From a bacterium (GTDB lineage Bacteria > Zhuqueibacterota > Zhuqueibacteria > Oceanimicrobiales > Oceanimicrobiaceae): 14,255 bases of DNA. Location of the stretch: assembly GCA_046757025.1 (NCBI GenBank), contig JBHHXN010000137.1:1-14255 (forward strand), in the 5' to 3' direction. The notes below the pieces were generated by a model. The model saw only the letters and a program-made list of their open reading frames with translations. It searched no databases and had not been told where the DNA came from. This document shows, one piece after another, positions 7,270 to 14,255 of this stretch. The stretch's first letter is position 1; every line of letters starts with the position of its first letter. The translations under genes and the position numbers were made by a program.

Positions 7270-7453
7270 CCTTCGATTCTTTTTGGTCAAGTTCTAAAAA
7301 CAGGTCCTCGGCATTCATCACAAGTTCATCATCTGTCAATGGCGGGAAATCAAATTTTAGACTACGTCGAAAAATTTCAGTAGCGACTTCCTTTTTATCT
7401 GCTTCAGAGAGCCGCTCGAACGATTCAATGACAGCTTGGGCATTCAGTGTCAC
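7262..7453 (-). CDS. Putative antitoxin (63 aa) upstream of the PemK gene
   Basis: GGAG then GTG start at 7453. MTLNAQAVIESFERLSEADKKEVATEIFRR...PPLTDDELVMNAEDLFLELDQKE is small with an acidic C-terminus and overlaps the toxin start by 8 nt. Confidence 0.7.
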   Translation of the reverse strand: MTLNAQAVIESFERLSEADKKEVATEIFRRSLKFDFPPLTDDELVMNAEDLFLELDQKESKDG

Positions 7454-7495
7454 GGTTATTACTCCATTTTTTTCAAATTGATATTCTAATTCAAA

Positions 7496-7524
7496 AATAT
7501 AAGTGAACCGGAACACACTTTCAA
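7496..7524 (-). promoter_or_regulatory. Putative sigma70 promoter of the toxin-antitoxin operon
   Basis: Minus strand TTGAAA-N17-TATATT, 42 nt upstream of the GTG. Confidence 0.55.
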
Positions 7525-7775
7525 GTAAATATACTTCGTCATTAATAATTGCTTCTTGATAGAACTATCAATTCTCATCTAAGTTATTCTATTTCAAAAC
7601 TAACAAGATATTTTCATACCCTGACGCAAAACGCCACACCTGGACGAAGAACCTTAGATCAAATAATTTCAGTAGAAAGAATCACCCTAAATTATCATTT
7701 TTAAATCTGAATATTTCACGAGAAATTGAGACGCAACTTGTCCTTAAAAGGAATCCCGATTTTATTAAAAAAAAC

Positions 7776-9587
7776 TTAACCCGCACCTCCGCCGGCGCCG
7801 CCTGCTCCGCCGCCTCCGCCGGCTGATGCGCCGCCTCCCACACCGGCCGCACTGCCCATGGTGGTGCTGGCAACCGACACCATTGAGGAAACGGCGTCGG
7901 CAAATCCGGCGGGTGAGCCGGGGCCATAAGAGCCGATATACCAGGGGAAATAATTTGCACTCTGCCAGTCAGGAACAGACGTCAGCAGTTCTTTGATGGC
8001 TTTTGTGCCGATACCCAGGGCAACTCCGTAAACAAAATATTTCTCAAAATTTGCCTGTAGCTTGCTGCTATCTCTGCGGAATTCATATTTGGTCAAATAT
8101 TTTCGAAAGGCGGTTAATTTATGCCGCAGCAATTTGACTTCTTTGGTGTACCTTAAAATGGTAAAAGAAAGTCCGAGCAGGATGACACCTGAAATGGTTG
8201 CGAGCAGCCCTATTTCCCCGAAGAAAATAATGCTCAAAACGCCGGCAGCGACCACGAATAACGACACGAGCACGGAGTAAACGATGCCTTTATAACTAGA
8301 GCTGTCATAGAATGGTTGGCCGCCCCATTGCGCTTTGATCATTTTTTTCCACTCTTTGAACCATTTTGTCACTTTGCTGCGCGTTTTCCTGATTTTCTCC
8401 ATTTGAATTTCAGAGGCGCCGCCAGCGACTTCCTCAAAAATAAAGTCGATGATATTTTGCTCGAATGGCGCTAATTGGCTTTTGTCGCTTTGAAATTTAT
8501 CTCGATTTAATTTCAAATTGTAGAGTTTCTTTTTCGTCGTAAAAATCGATTTCTTTTCTACCTGCTGTTCTTCAATGGTTAAAAAACTGCGATTGGCCAG
8601 ATCCATCAACGTGGCTACCATGGCGCCGGCACCCGTTTGCTGTGCAGAATAAACATAGTTCGCCACGGCCGGTGAGATTTCCCGCGGAATTTCTGAAGTG
8701 ATTTTCTGACGAAAAGGCGCCGGATGCGCTCGTCCGTATTTTCGATACAGCAAGAGAAAAATCGCCAGTCCCACGGCCGCCGCCGCCACATTTAGCTGCA
8801 AAACCGTACTGAAGTGCTGATCTCTGAACGCCTGCTTTTGACGGGCCTTTTCCCGCAGGAGATTGGACGCTTCTACCCATTTCCTTTCCTCAGCCAGGAT
8901 TTGATCCCGTTGCTCCCATCCACTTTTCTTGCGGGCTGCGGAAACCCAGTGGGTTGGAAAAATCACCCGCACTTCAAAGTGATTGTTTCTCGGCAGCGGT
9001 GTTGCCCAAAAACGCAGTTTGCCGTTTTCAAATCGATACTCGCCGTTTAAGGAGCTGTGCAGCCAGGCGCGAACTTGCGACGTGTCCGCGGGTTGCGGCA
9101 GAATCAGCTTCACTTCCACCGAGCCCGTGGGTTTGGGTCTTTTGGCACGGAGAAATTTATAGTAAAACTCAGCCACATCTTCATGGATGGTCACCGCGTT
9201 TTCCACCCGGTATTTGAGCGTAAAAGTGCGGACTTCATTTTTTGCCTGGTAGTACCATTTCACGGAAAATTCATTTTTATCTTGTGACATTTGGTAAGTT
9301 CCGGGCGACTTTTCACTGCTTTGATAATATTCACCAGACTCATCGTTTATTGAGAAGTCCGTTACGCGGCCTAATTTATCGAGTGGGAAATTATAATCTG
9401 CCCAGCGGAATCGTCCCCGGAAACGGTAGGTGCGCGCTTCCTCGATCAGCAGGCTGCCGTCGGCGAGAATTTCTGCGCGGATTTGAATGTTATCGATGTA
9501 ATAGCGTTTTGCCGACCAGCCGTTCTGGGTAGTTAGAAGGGTGGTTAACAAAACCAAAAATAAAAGTGTGGCCATTTTTCGAAACAT
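7776..9587 (-). CDS. DUF2207 domain membrane protein
   Basis: Signal peptide, I.ADGSL.IEE..TY.F.G, SPAVA..., ATLMDLANR, two further TM segments, FRKYL, FEKYFVYGVALG and a Gly-rich tail GGGAGGAGGGAG. GAGG RBS. Confidence 0.92.
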   Translation of the reverse strand: MFRKMATLLFLVLLTTLLTTQNGWSAKRYYIDNIQIRAEILADGSLLIEEARTYRFRGRFRWADYNFPLDKLGRVTDFSINDESGEYYQSSEKSPGTYQMSQDKNEFSVKWYYQAKNEVRTFTLKYRVENAVTIHEDVAEFYYKFLRAKRPKPTGSVEVKLILPQPADTSQVRAWLHSSLNGEYRFENGKLRFWATPLPRNNHFEVRVIFPTHWVSAARKKSGWEQRDQILAEERKWVEASNLLREKARQKQAFRDQHFSTVLQLNVAAAAVGLAIFLLLYRKYGRAHPAPFRQKITSEIPREISPAVANYVYSAQQTGAGAMVATLMDLANRSFLTIEEQQVEKKSIFTTKKKLYNLKLNRDKFQSDKSQLAPFEQNIIDFIFEEVAGGASEIQMEKIRKTRSKVTKWFKEWKKMIKAQWGGQPFYDSSSYKGIVYSVLVSLFVVAAGVLSIIFFGEIGLLATISGVILLGLSFTILRYTKEVKLLRHKLTAFRKYLTKYEFRRDSSKLQANFEKYFVYGVALGIGTKAIKELLTSVPDWQSANYFPWYIGSYGPGSPAGFADAVSSMVSVASTTMGSAAGVGGGASAGGGGGAGGAGGGAG

Positions 9588-9621
9588 GATTTGCCTCTTT
9601 TAATTTTTATCGTATTGTCAT

Positions 9622-9650
9622 AATTTAGGGGCCATGATTGAATATTGCAA
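9622..9650 (-). promoter_or_regulatory. Putative sigma70 promoter for the DUF2207 gene
   Basis: Minus strand TTGCAA-N17-TAAATT, 34 nt upstream of the ATG. Confidence 0.5.
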
Positions 9651-9659
9651 CTTAATTCT

Positions 9660-9701
9660 GGAAGCCGAAAATCGGAAACTGAAAACCGCAAGTCGGTAAT
9701 C
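9660..9701 (+). repeat. Six degenerate tandem heptamers
   Basis: GGAAGCC GAAAATC GGAAACT GAAAACC GCAAGTC GGTAATC. Confidence 0.55.
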
Positions 9702-9842
9702 AATTTACGAATTCCTATTATCTATCGGGGGATTTCTACCCACAATCCGCGATCGGCCTTCAGCGGCTTCCTGGAATTCGATTTTTCATTTGGGGGTCTT
9801 TATTCCTAACGCAGCTTAACGCTGCAAACAAATTCTATTTTC

Positions 9843-9917
9843 CACGCAAAGCCGCGAAGCCCGCAAAGGATGTCAATATATTTGTTCTTTTCTTTGCGAG
9901 CTCGGCGGCGTTGCGTG
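9843..9917. repeat. CACGCAAAG...CTTTGCG type palindromic repeat
   Basis: 26-bp arms CACGCAAAGCCGCGAAGCCCGCAAAG and CTTTGCGAGCTCGGCGGCGTTGCGTG, 22/26 complementary, with a 23-nt AT-rich spacer. Confidence 0.75.
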
Positions 9918-10026
9918 AGATTGTTAAAAGACTTTGCTAAAAGAACAAAGATTTTCGGGATAATAGAATAAAGATATGTAATTTAAAATGAATTTCAAGA
10001 AATAATTATGAAGCGCTATTTTGTTG

Positions 10027-10055
10027 TTGAATTAGCAAGTCTAAATGGTTACTTT
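10027..10055 (+). promoter_or_regulatory. Putative sigma70 promoter upstream of the nucleotide transporter leader
   Basis: TTGAAT-N17-TACTTT. Confidence 0.4.
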
Positions 10056-10075
10056 AAATTTGATTGGTGTGTGAA

Positions 10076-10197
10076 TGGCGGGAGAGGAAGAAAAGGATGG
10101 TTTTTATGGTAAATATCGGCATTTCCAAAAAGCGCTTTCTCACAAGATGAAAACCTGCAAGCGCCCTCGATGCGCAACCCTTCTGTCTTTTCTGCCA
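10076..10197 (+). other. Candidate structured leader or small RNA containing a 17-codon uORF (10097-10150)
   Basis: TGGCGGGAGAGGAAGAA pairs with TTCTGTCTTTTCTGCCA at 16/17 positions allowing G-U. Inner stems ATCGG/TCGAT and GCGCTT/AAGCGC. Confidence 0.35.
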
Positions 10198-10294
10198 GTT
10201 ATTTTATAGAGATTTTTCAGTCGAAAGCGCGATTCCCCGCAATCAATTGTTTCGATTGATAAAATTATCGATCGATCAAACGAAAGGATACCGA

Positions 10295-11626
10295 ATGAGC
10301 AAAAACCCCTTCAAAGCTGTATTCGATATAAAAAAAGAAGAAATTCCTTTTTCCATTTTGATGTCTTTTTATTTCTTTTTAGTGATTACCAGCTTTTGGA
10401 TTCTCAAGCCTCTTAAAAAATCTATTTTCATAGAATTTTACGATCAAAGCGGTTTTGATCTTTTTAGCTGGCACATGCTGGCCTCGCAAGCTGAGCTATT
10501 AGCCAAAGTACTTAATATGATTGTCGCTTTTATTGCAGTAGTTGTTTTTTCCTGGTTGGCAAATAGATTTATACGGCAACAATTGAGCGCCATTTTCTCA
10601 CTCTTTTTTATCGGGTCTTATTTAATTTATGCACAAGTGTTAAATGATCCAAATAATCTGATTGTCTGGACATTTTATCTTTTCGGCGATCTGTTCAGCA
10701 CGTTGATGGTCGCCACGTTCTTTGTATTTCTCAACGACAGTGTCAGTCCTGACACCGCAAAACGTGCTTATGGGTTGATCGGCTTTGGGGGAGTAGCAGG
10801 AGGCGTTTTTGGTACGTCCGTTGTTCGGGCTCGAATCGATGAATTTTCCAGCAGTAACTGGCTTATGATATGTTTAATTTTAGCGATTATAATTATAGGC
10901 GTAGCATTTATCGCCGGCAAATTAGCGACGAAACGAGATACCGAAAAATTAAAGAATGAAACGTCTCCGCATCCAGAAATTTCTAAAAAAGGTAATCCCG
11001 CATTGGAAGGAGGAAAGCTGGTATTTCGTTCATCCTATTTGCTCGCCATCGTTGGGATTGTTGGGCTATATGAAATGGTCTCTACGATTATGGATTTCCA
11101 GTTTACGGAAACCATTTCTCATTATCTGGATGGCGATGCCATTGGCCGGCAATTTGCCACCGCGTTTTTAATTACAAATATCACCTCCATGTTGGTGCAG
11201 CTATTTCTCACCAGTTTTGTCATGACACGATTTGGTGTGGGTGTGGCGTTATTATTCTTACCTGTTGCCGCCCTGACCTGGTCAGTCGGATATTTAGTAG
11301 CGCCGATTTTATGGATTGGCACAACCTTAAACACCGCAGATAACGGTTTCAGCTATTCAATAAACCAGTCGGCCAAAGAATCCTTATATGTACCCACCAC
11401 CAAAGATGAAAAATATAAAGCCAAAGCTTTTATCGATATGTTCGTCCAGCGTTTTGCCAAGGCACTTGCAGTTGGAATGAGCTTGATCATTACCACTATT
11501 TTTGCAAAATTCGAGGCAATTCGCTGGCTGTCTCTACTTTCACTCGTTATTTTGATAGTCTGGATTTTTGCAGCACGTTATGCCGGCCGACGGTTTGAAG
11601 ATTTGACCTCCAAGTCATCTTTGTAA
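10295..11626 (+). CDS. Npt1/TlcA-like NTP/NDP exchange transporter (AAA family, MFS fold)
   Basis: Multi-TM protein with F.V.TSFWILKPLKKS, AKRAYGLIG.GG..GG, LVFRSSYL..I, STIMDFQF, YSINQSAKESLY.P and KYKAKAFID.FV.RFAK. AAAGGA at 10283-10288 supports ATG 10295. No HEAT or cNMP tail. Confidence 0.85.
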   Translation: MSKNPFKAVFDIKKEEIPFSILMSFYFFLVITSFWILKPLKKSIFIEFYDQSGFDLFSWHMLASQAELLAKVLNMIVAFIAVVVFSWLANRFIRQQLSAIFSLFFIGSYLIYAQVLNDPNNLIVWTFYLFGDLFSTLMVATFFVFLNDSVSPDTAKRAYGLIGFGGVAGGVFGTSVVRARIDEFSSSNWLMICLILAIIIIGVAFIAGKLATKRDTEKLKNETSPHPEISKKGNPALEGGKLVFRSSYLLAIVGIVGLYEMVSTIMDFQFTETISHYLDGDAIGRQFATAFLITNITSMLVQLFLTSFVMTRFGVGVALLFLPVAALTWSVGYLVAPILWIGTTLNTADNGFSYSINQSAKESLYVPTTKDEKYKAKAFIDMFVQRFAKALAVGMSLIITTIFAKFEAIRWLSLLSLVILIVWIFAARYAGRRFEDLTSKSSL

Positions 11627-11689
11627 ATTGGTATTTGAATAAAAATGTTGGGCTTGGAGACATTTGACAGGAAAACAGGCGGCACGTTG

Positions 11690-12844
11690 CTACCAGGGAC
11701 TGCCCACTTCCAGGATGGCAAACACTTTCCAGCCTTCGTTGCCGGCTGCAAAGCCCACTGAGAGCGGGTGCAGAGTATCGAGGTAGCGGAAACCGAAGCC
11801 AAAACTTTGATGCAAATCATGGTCGAAAAGCTTTGTTGGATCCGAGCCGGTCAACGCCATATCCGTCAGTAGAAAACCGGCCAGGGAGTTTGAAAATAGA
11901 TAAATGTACTCAAGATTGAGGGCAGTCAGAGCGAAATCTCGAAAGCGCTCTTTGGAAAATCCCCGCAGACCCGACCTGGAGCCCGCTTCCGGCAAGGCAA
12001 AATAGGGAACAACGGCTTTGTCGTCGGAAATCAAATATTCAATACGACTCCCGATGCCAATCTGGTTATCTTTAAATAATGCCAAATTTAAGTAAGATTT
12101 AAAATTGAACCGAAGGTAAGATCCTACTTTGGTATTTGCTGGTAATCCAAATTCCACGTAACTTGACCAATGGTGATCCCATACGGCTTTCCAGTAATCG
12201 ACGGCATGTCGGTCGATGAATGTGAGCCGTGAAGTGACGTATTGCGCGTCATGGGCATTTTCAAATTCGCCACCTGCCACCAATTCCGTTTGAAAATTCC
12301 ACACGCCGGCCGACCATCGCAAAACGGTGGACTTAGAAATCGCGTGCTGCAATTCCCCACCGATAAAATAGGATGCATATTCAATTTCTTCTCTATTTTC
12401 TTTTCGGCTGGTGTCGGCCAGGCCATAAAAATACTCGTCGTCCGTGCTTTTGGTTTTTATCAGTAAACTGAATTTTGTATTCTCGGTTGAAATGGAATTG
12501 GCTTGATAGCGAAACTTCCAGGAGATTTCCGAAAAATTTTCCATTTTCAGGTGGTGGAACATTCTATCGGATTGGTTCCAAAAAGTGCCGTGCTCTAATT
12601 TTGTGCCCAGATACGGATCAAACCAGTCATCGAGCGTGACATACGGGAAGAAGCGGGTATCTTTGCCAATGGTGAAACCGTCCAGCAAACGATTGGCCAA
12701 CCTGACTATTCTGGGTTTTTCAGGCGATTCCGGATTTTCGTCTTCCTGCGCCAGTACTTTGACGCCGAACAGGAGGCCGGTTCCCAAACAGCAAAAGACG
12801 ATTTTCAGAAAAAAACCCCGTATTGGGTGGTGTGAATTTGGCAT
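11690..12844 (-). CDS. Omp85-type beta-barrel outer membrane protein without evident POTRA domain
   Basis: Signal-like N-terminus, amphipathic strands, VPYFALP..G...GLRGF...RFRD L6 motif, LNLEY, SFGFGFRY and terminal Trp. Confidence 0.75.
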   Translation of the reverse strand: MPNSHHPIRGFFLKIVFCCLGTGLLFGVKVLAQEDENPESPEKPRIVRLANRLLDGFTIGKDTRFFPYVTLDDWFDPYLGTKLEHGTFWNQSDRMFHHLKMENFSEISWKFRYQANSISTENTKFSLLIKTKSTDDEYFYGLADTSRKENREEIEYASYFIGGELQHAISKSTVLRWSAGVWNFQTELVAGGEFENAHDAQYVTSRLTFIDRHAVDYWKAVWDHHWSSYVEFGLPANTKVGSYLRFNFKSYLNLALFKDNQIGIGSRIEYLISDDKAVVPYFALPEAGSRSGLRGFSKERFRDFALTALNLEYIYLFSNSLAGFLLTDMALTGSDPTKLFDHDLHQSFGFGFRYLDTLHPLSVGFAAGNEGWKVFAILEVGSPW

Positions 12845-13114
12845 GTTTTAACTTTGTTAGAAACTCAACTCCAGAATTAAGAGTGAGAACAGCAGAAGGA
12901 TATGATGAGCTGTCGTATTCAGGAATCGCTGAAAAGAAATCCTGGTGTTTGGGACGAAAAATATGCACTACGAAAGATAAGCTAAATAATTGAATATTAC
13001 AATCAAAAAATGGCCGTGACAGTAAATATCGAAATATCTGGGAGGCGAAATTAGGTTCTATGTTGATTTGAGTGGGTAACGTCCAGCACAAGTCTTTGAT
13101 GACGGTAGTCTATT

Positions 13115-13215
13115 ACGCCGAAGGCGTTGTACACCAAAACCCAGGGTGCCCACCTTCAGGGCACCCTGGGTATCAAAGCAACCCATCCACCAGGAACCCC
13201 AACGGGGTTCCACAA
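13115..13215. repeat. Three-hairpin REP unit at the 3' side of the TnpA remnant
   Basis: ACGCC-gaa-GGCGT, ACCCAGGGTGCCC-(7 nt)-GGGCACCCTGGGT (13-bp perfect stem) and GGAACCCC-aac-GGGGTTCC. Confidence 0.75.
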
Positions 13216-13235
13216 AGCCTTGCCAACTCTGCACT

Positions 13236-13496
13236 CTACGTTTCCAGCCAGGCCGAGGACGAACGTGTTAGTTCACGCATGAAATCTGAAATCGTCCCTG
13301 TTTTAGCGTGTCGAGTCATAAGGGGTACATGGTCTTCAACACTACCAATTTTGAGCGCAGGACAACTGAGATTCTTGCAAGTGCCGGACGTGTAGCTGTA
13401 CACTTTCTCTCGCAACGTCTTATCTGTCAAATAAGGGGGTCTGTTTTTGGTAGAGAAAACGATGTGCAAATAAATCTGCACTAACGATTTCGACAT
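13236..13496 (-). pseudogene. tnpA: Truncated IS200/IS605-family Y1 transposase (REP-associated type)
   Basis: MSKSLVQIYLHIVFSTKNR.P...GSVEDHVP...ISDFMREL.RSSS.W. The HUH motif DHVH reads DHVP, there is a premature TAG, and the WQ.GY / catalytic Tyr half is absent. Confidence 0.85.
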
Positions 13497-13510
13497 GGTG
13501 GCTTCCATTA

Positions 13511-13533
13511 TTGTGGAACCCCTTTAGGGTTCT
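13511..13533. repeat. REP hairpin at the 5' side of tnpA, inverted copy of 13193-13215
   Basis: TTGTGGAACCCCTTTAGGGTTCT versus the reverse complement of 13193-13215, TTGTGGAACCCCGTTGGGGTTCC (20/23). Confidence 0.7.
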
Positions 13534-13564
13534 CCATTGTGATTATCACGTTTTCTCTCGTTCG

Positions 13565-13589
13565 AAAACCAGGGAATGGCTGGTTTTTT
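13565..13589. terminator. Possible bidirectional intrinsic terminator
   Basis: AAAACCAG-ggaatgg-CTGGTTTTTT. The GC core is short, so support is weak. Confidence 0.35.
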
Positions 13590-13599
13590 AAAAAAAGAT

Positions 13600-13640
13600 T
13601 TCAGTGCGCTTCAGTGTCCTTCCGTATTTCATTTGTGGCT
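13600..13640. repeat. Decamer tandem repeat, likely one arm of a palindromic repeat family
   Basis: TTCAGTGCGC TTCAGTGTCC TTCCGTATTT CATTTGTGGCT. No partner arm is present in the window. Confidence 0.45.
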
Positions 13641-13770
13641 GATTTCGCACTGGCGGCTGCCGCAAAAAGAGTTTGAGGCCGGGAAGGTGAGCCTGGCGCT
13701 GCCATTTAAACTGGCGGCGGTGAAGATTTTCAAAACGGTGATTGAATAAAATAGTCCGGTATTGATTTGA

Positions 13771-14040
13771 TCACTTTTTCACAATCAGATACACGCCCAA
13801 TAAAACAAGCAGTAGAGGCAGAAACGGTCCCAACACAAACAGCGGAGCAAATACCGCCGTCAGCAGGCCGGCGACGATGGCAAAGGGTACCAGCATCAAA
13901 ACCAGCGCCACCGCCAGGATGGCGCCAACAATTTGAAACGGAATACTCAAAACATAAAAACCCGCTTTAAATATCCATCCCAGCAATTTAAAAAAGATGA
14001 TGAATCCCGCGAGCATGAGTAAAATGACGGCCAGTTCCAT
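13771..14040 (-). CDS. Small hydrophobic membrane protein (89 aa)
   Basis: AGGAGG 4 nt before the ATG. The protein is almost entirely hydrophobic and ends in KK. Confidence 0.8.
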   Translation of the reverse strand: MELAVILLMLAGFIIFFKLLGWIFKAGFYVLSIPFQIVGAILAVALVLMLVPFAIVAGLLTAVFAPLFVLGPFLPLLLVLLGVYLIVKK

Positions 14041-14118
14041 GGTTCCTCCTGTTCAACATGAAAAGCGTTTCCCCAATTTTACGCACTTAACCCCAAAAGG
14101 GTTGCGTTGGCTCCCAGC

Positions 14119-14151
14119 AAACCTTCCAGGTTTTTAAAACCTGGAAGGTTT
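14119..14151. repeat. Perfect 33-bp REP-like palindrome
   Basis: AAACCTTCCAGGTTTT-T-AAAACCTGGAAGGTTT, 16-bp perfect arms. Confidence 0.8.
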
Positions 14152-14255
14152 AACCGTGAGGTACGGCACACTTCTAATCGAACTCCATTGAAAAAAAATC
14201 ATTTTTTTAAAATATTTTGAGCGGATTTGGCCCATTTTGTTGTTTTTATATAATG

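Noticed and set aside
7620..7680. Minus-strand KVLRPG resembling a methyltransferase motif
   Set aside because: Too short and bounded by stop codons, so compatible with chance.
10076..10197. 6S RNA, SRP RNA or a known riboswitch
   Set aside because: Too short for a typical 6S RNA, no SRP helix-8 motif, and no recognisable aptamer consensus.
166..13238. Genome-wide amber (TAG) reassignment, suggested by TAG interrupting three genes
   Set aside because: The three cases need different fixes (Trp, probably Gln, and a frameshift), and TAG ends apparently complete genes at 168 and 11690.
12720..13395. ORFs 12720..13091 (-) and 13072..13395 (+)
   Set aside because: They overlap the Omp85 start, REP hairpins or the tnpA antisense strand, and show no motifs.
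1526..13970. Numerous antisense and alternate-frame ORFs inside the main genes
   Set aside because: Shadow ORFs of well-supported coding regions.
1..14255. CRISPR array, tRNA or rRNA genes
   Set aside because: No regularly spaced direct repeats, cloverleaf or rRNA-like sequence seen.

Overview
Bacterial chromosomal window. A C-terminal NYPNPFNP sorting domain, two Omp85 proteins and Shine-Dalgarno-led genes suggest an FCB-adjacent diderm such as KSB1 or Calditrichota; this assignment is inference. Intact genes: the 3' end of a SpoIIE/PP2C phosphatase, a DUF427 / alpha-beta hydrolase / exported tandem NIPSNAP-like cluster, a choice-of-anchor J protein with a T9SS-type C-terminal domain, a POTRA-containing Omp85 protein, a small antitoxin-like gene, a DUF2207 membrane protein, an Npt1/TlcA-like nucleotide transporter convergent with a barrel-only Omp85 protein, and a small membrane protein. 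Broken genes: a conserved hypothetical with an in-frame TAG, a PemK/MazF toxin whose C-terminus lies in the -1 frame behind a TTTTTAAAAAAC run, and a truncated REP-associated IS200-like TnpA. Not shown by the ORF track: a 42-aa SD-led transmembrane microprotein with its own terminator, a base-paired leader with a uORF upstream of the nucleotide transporter, three MITE-like elements (two carrying a REP-type palindrome inside), and at least five unrelated palindromic repeat families in the intergenic DNA. All family calls come from motif recognition by eye; no searches were run.
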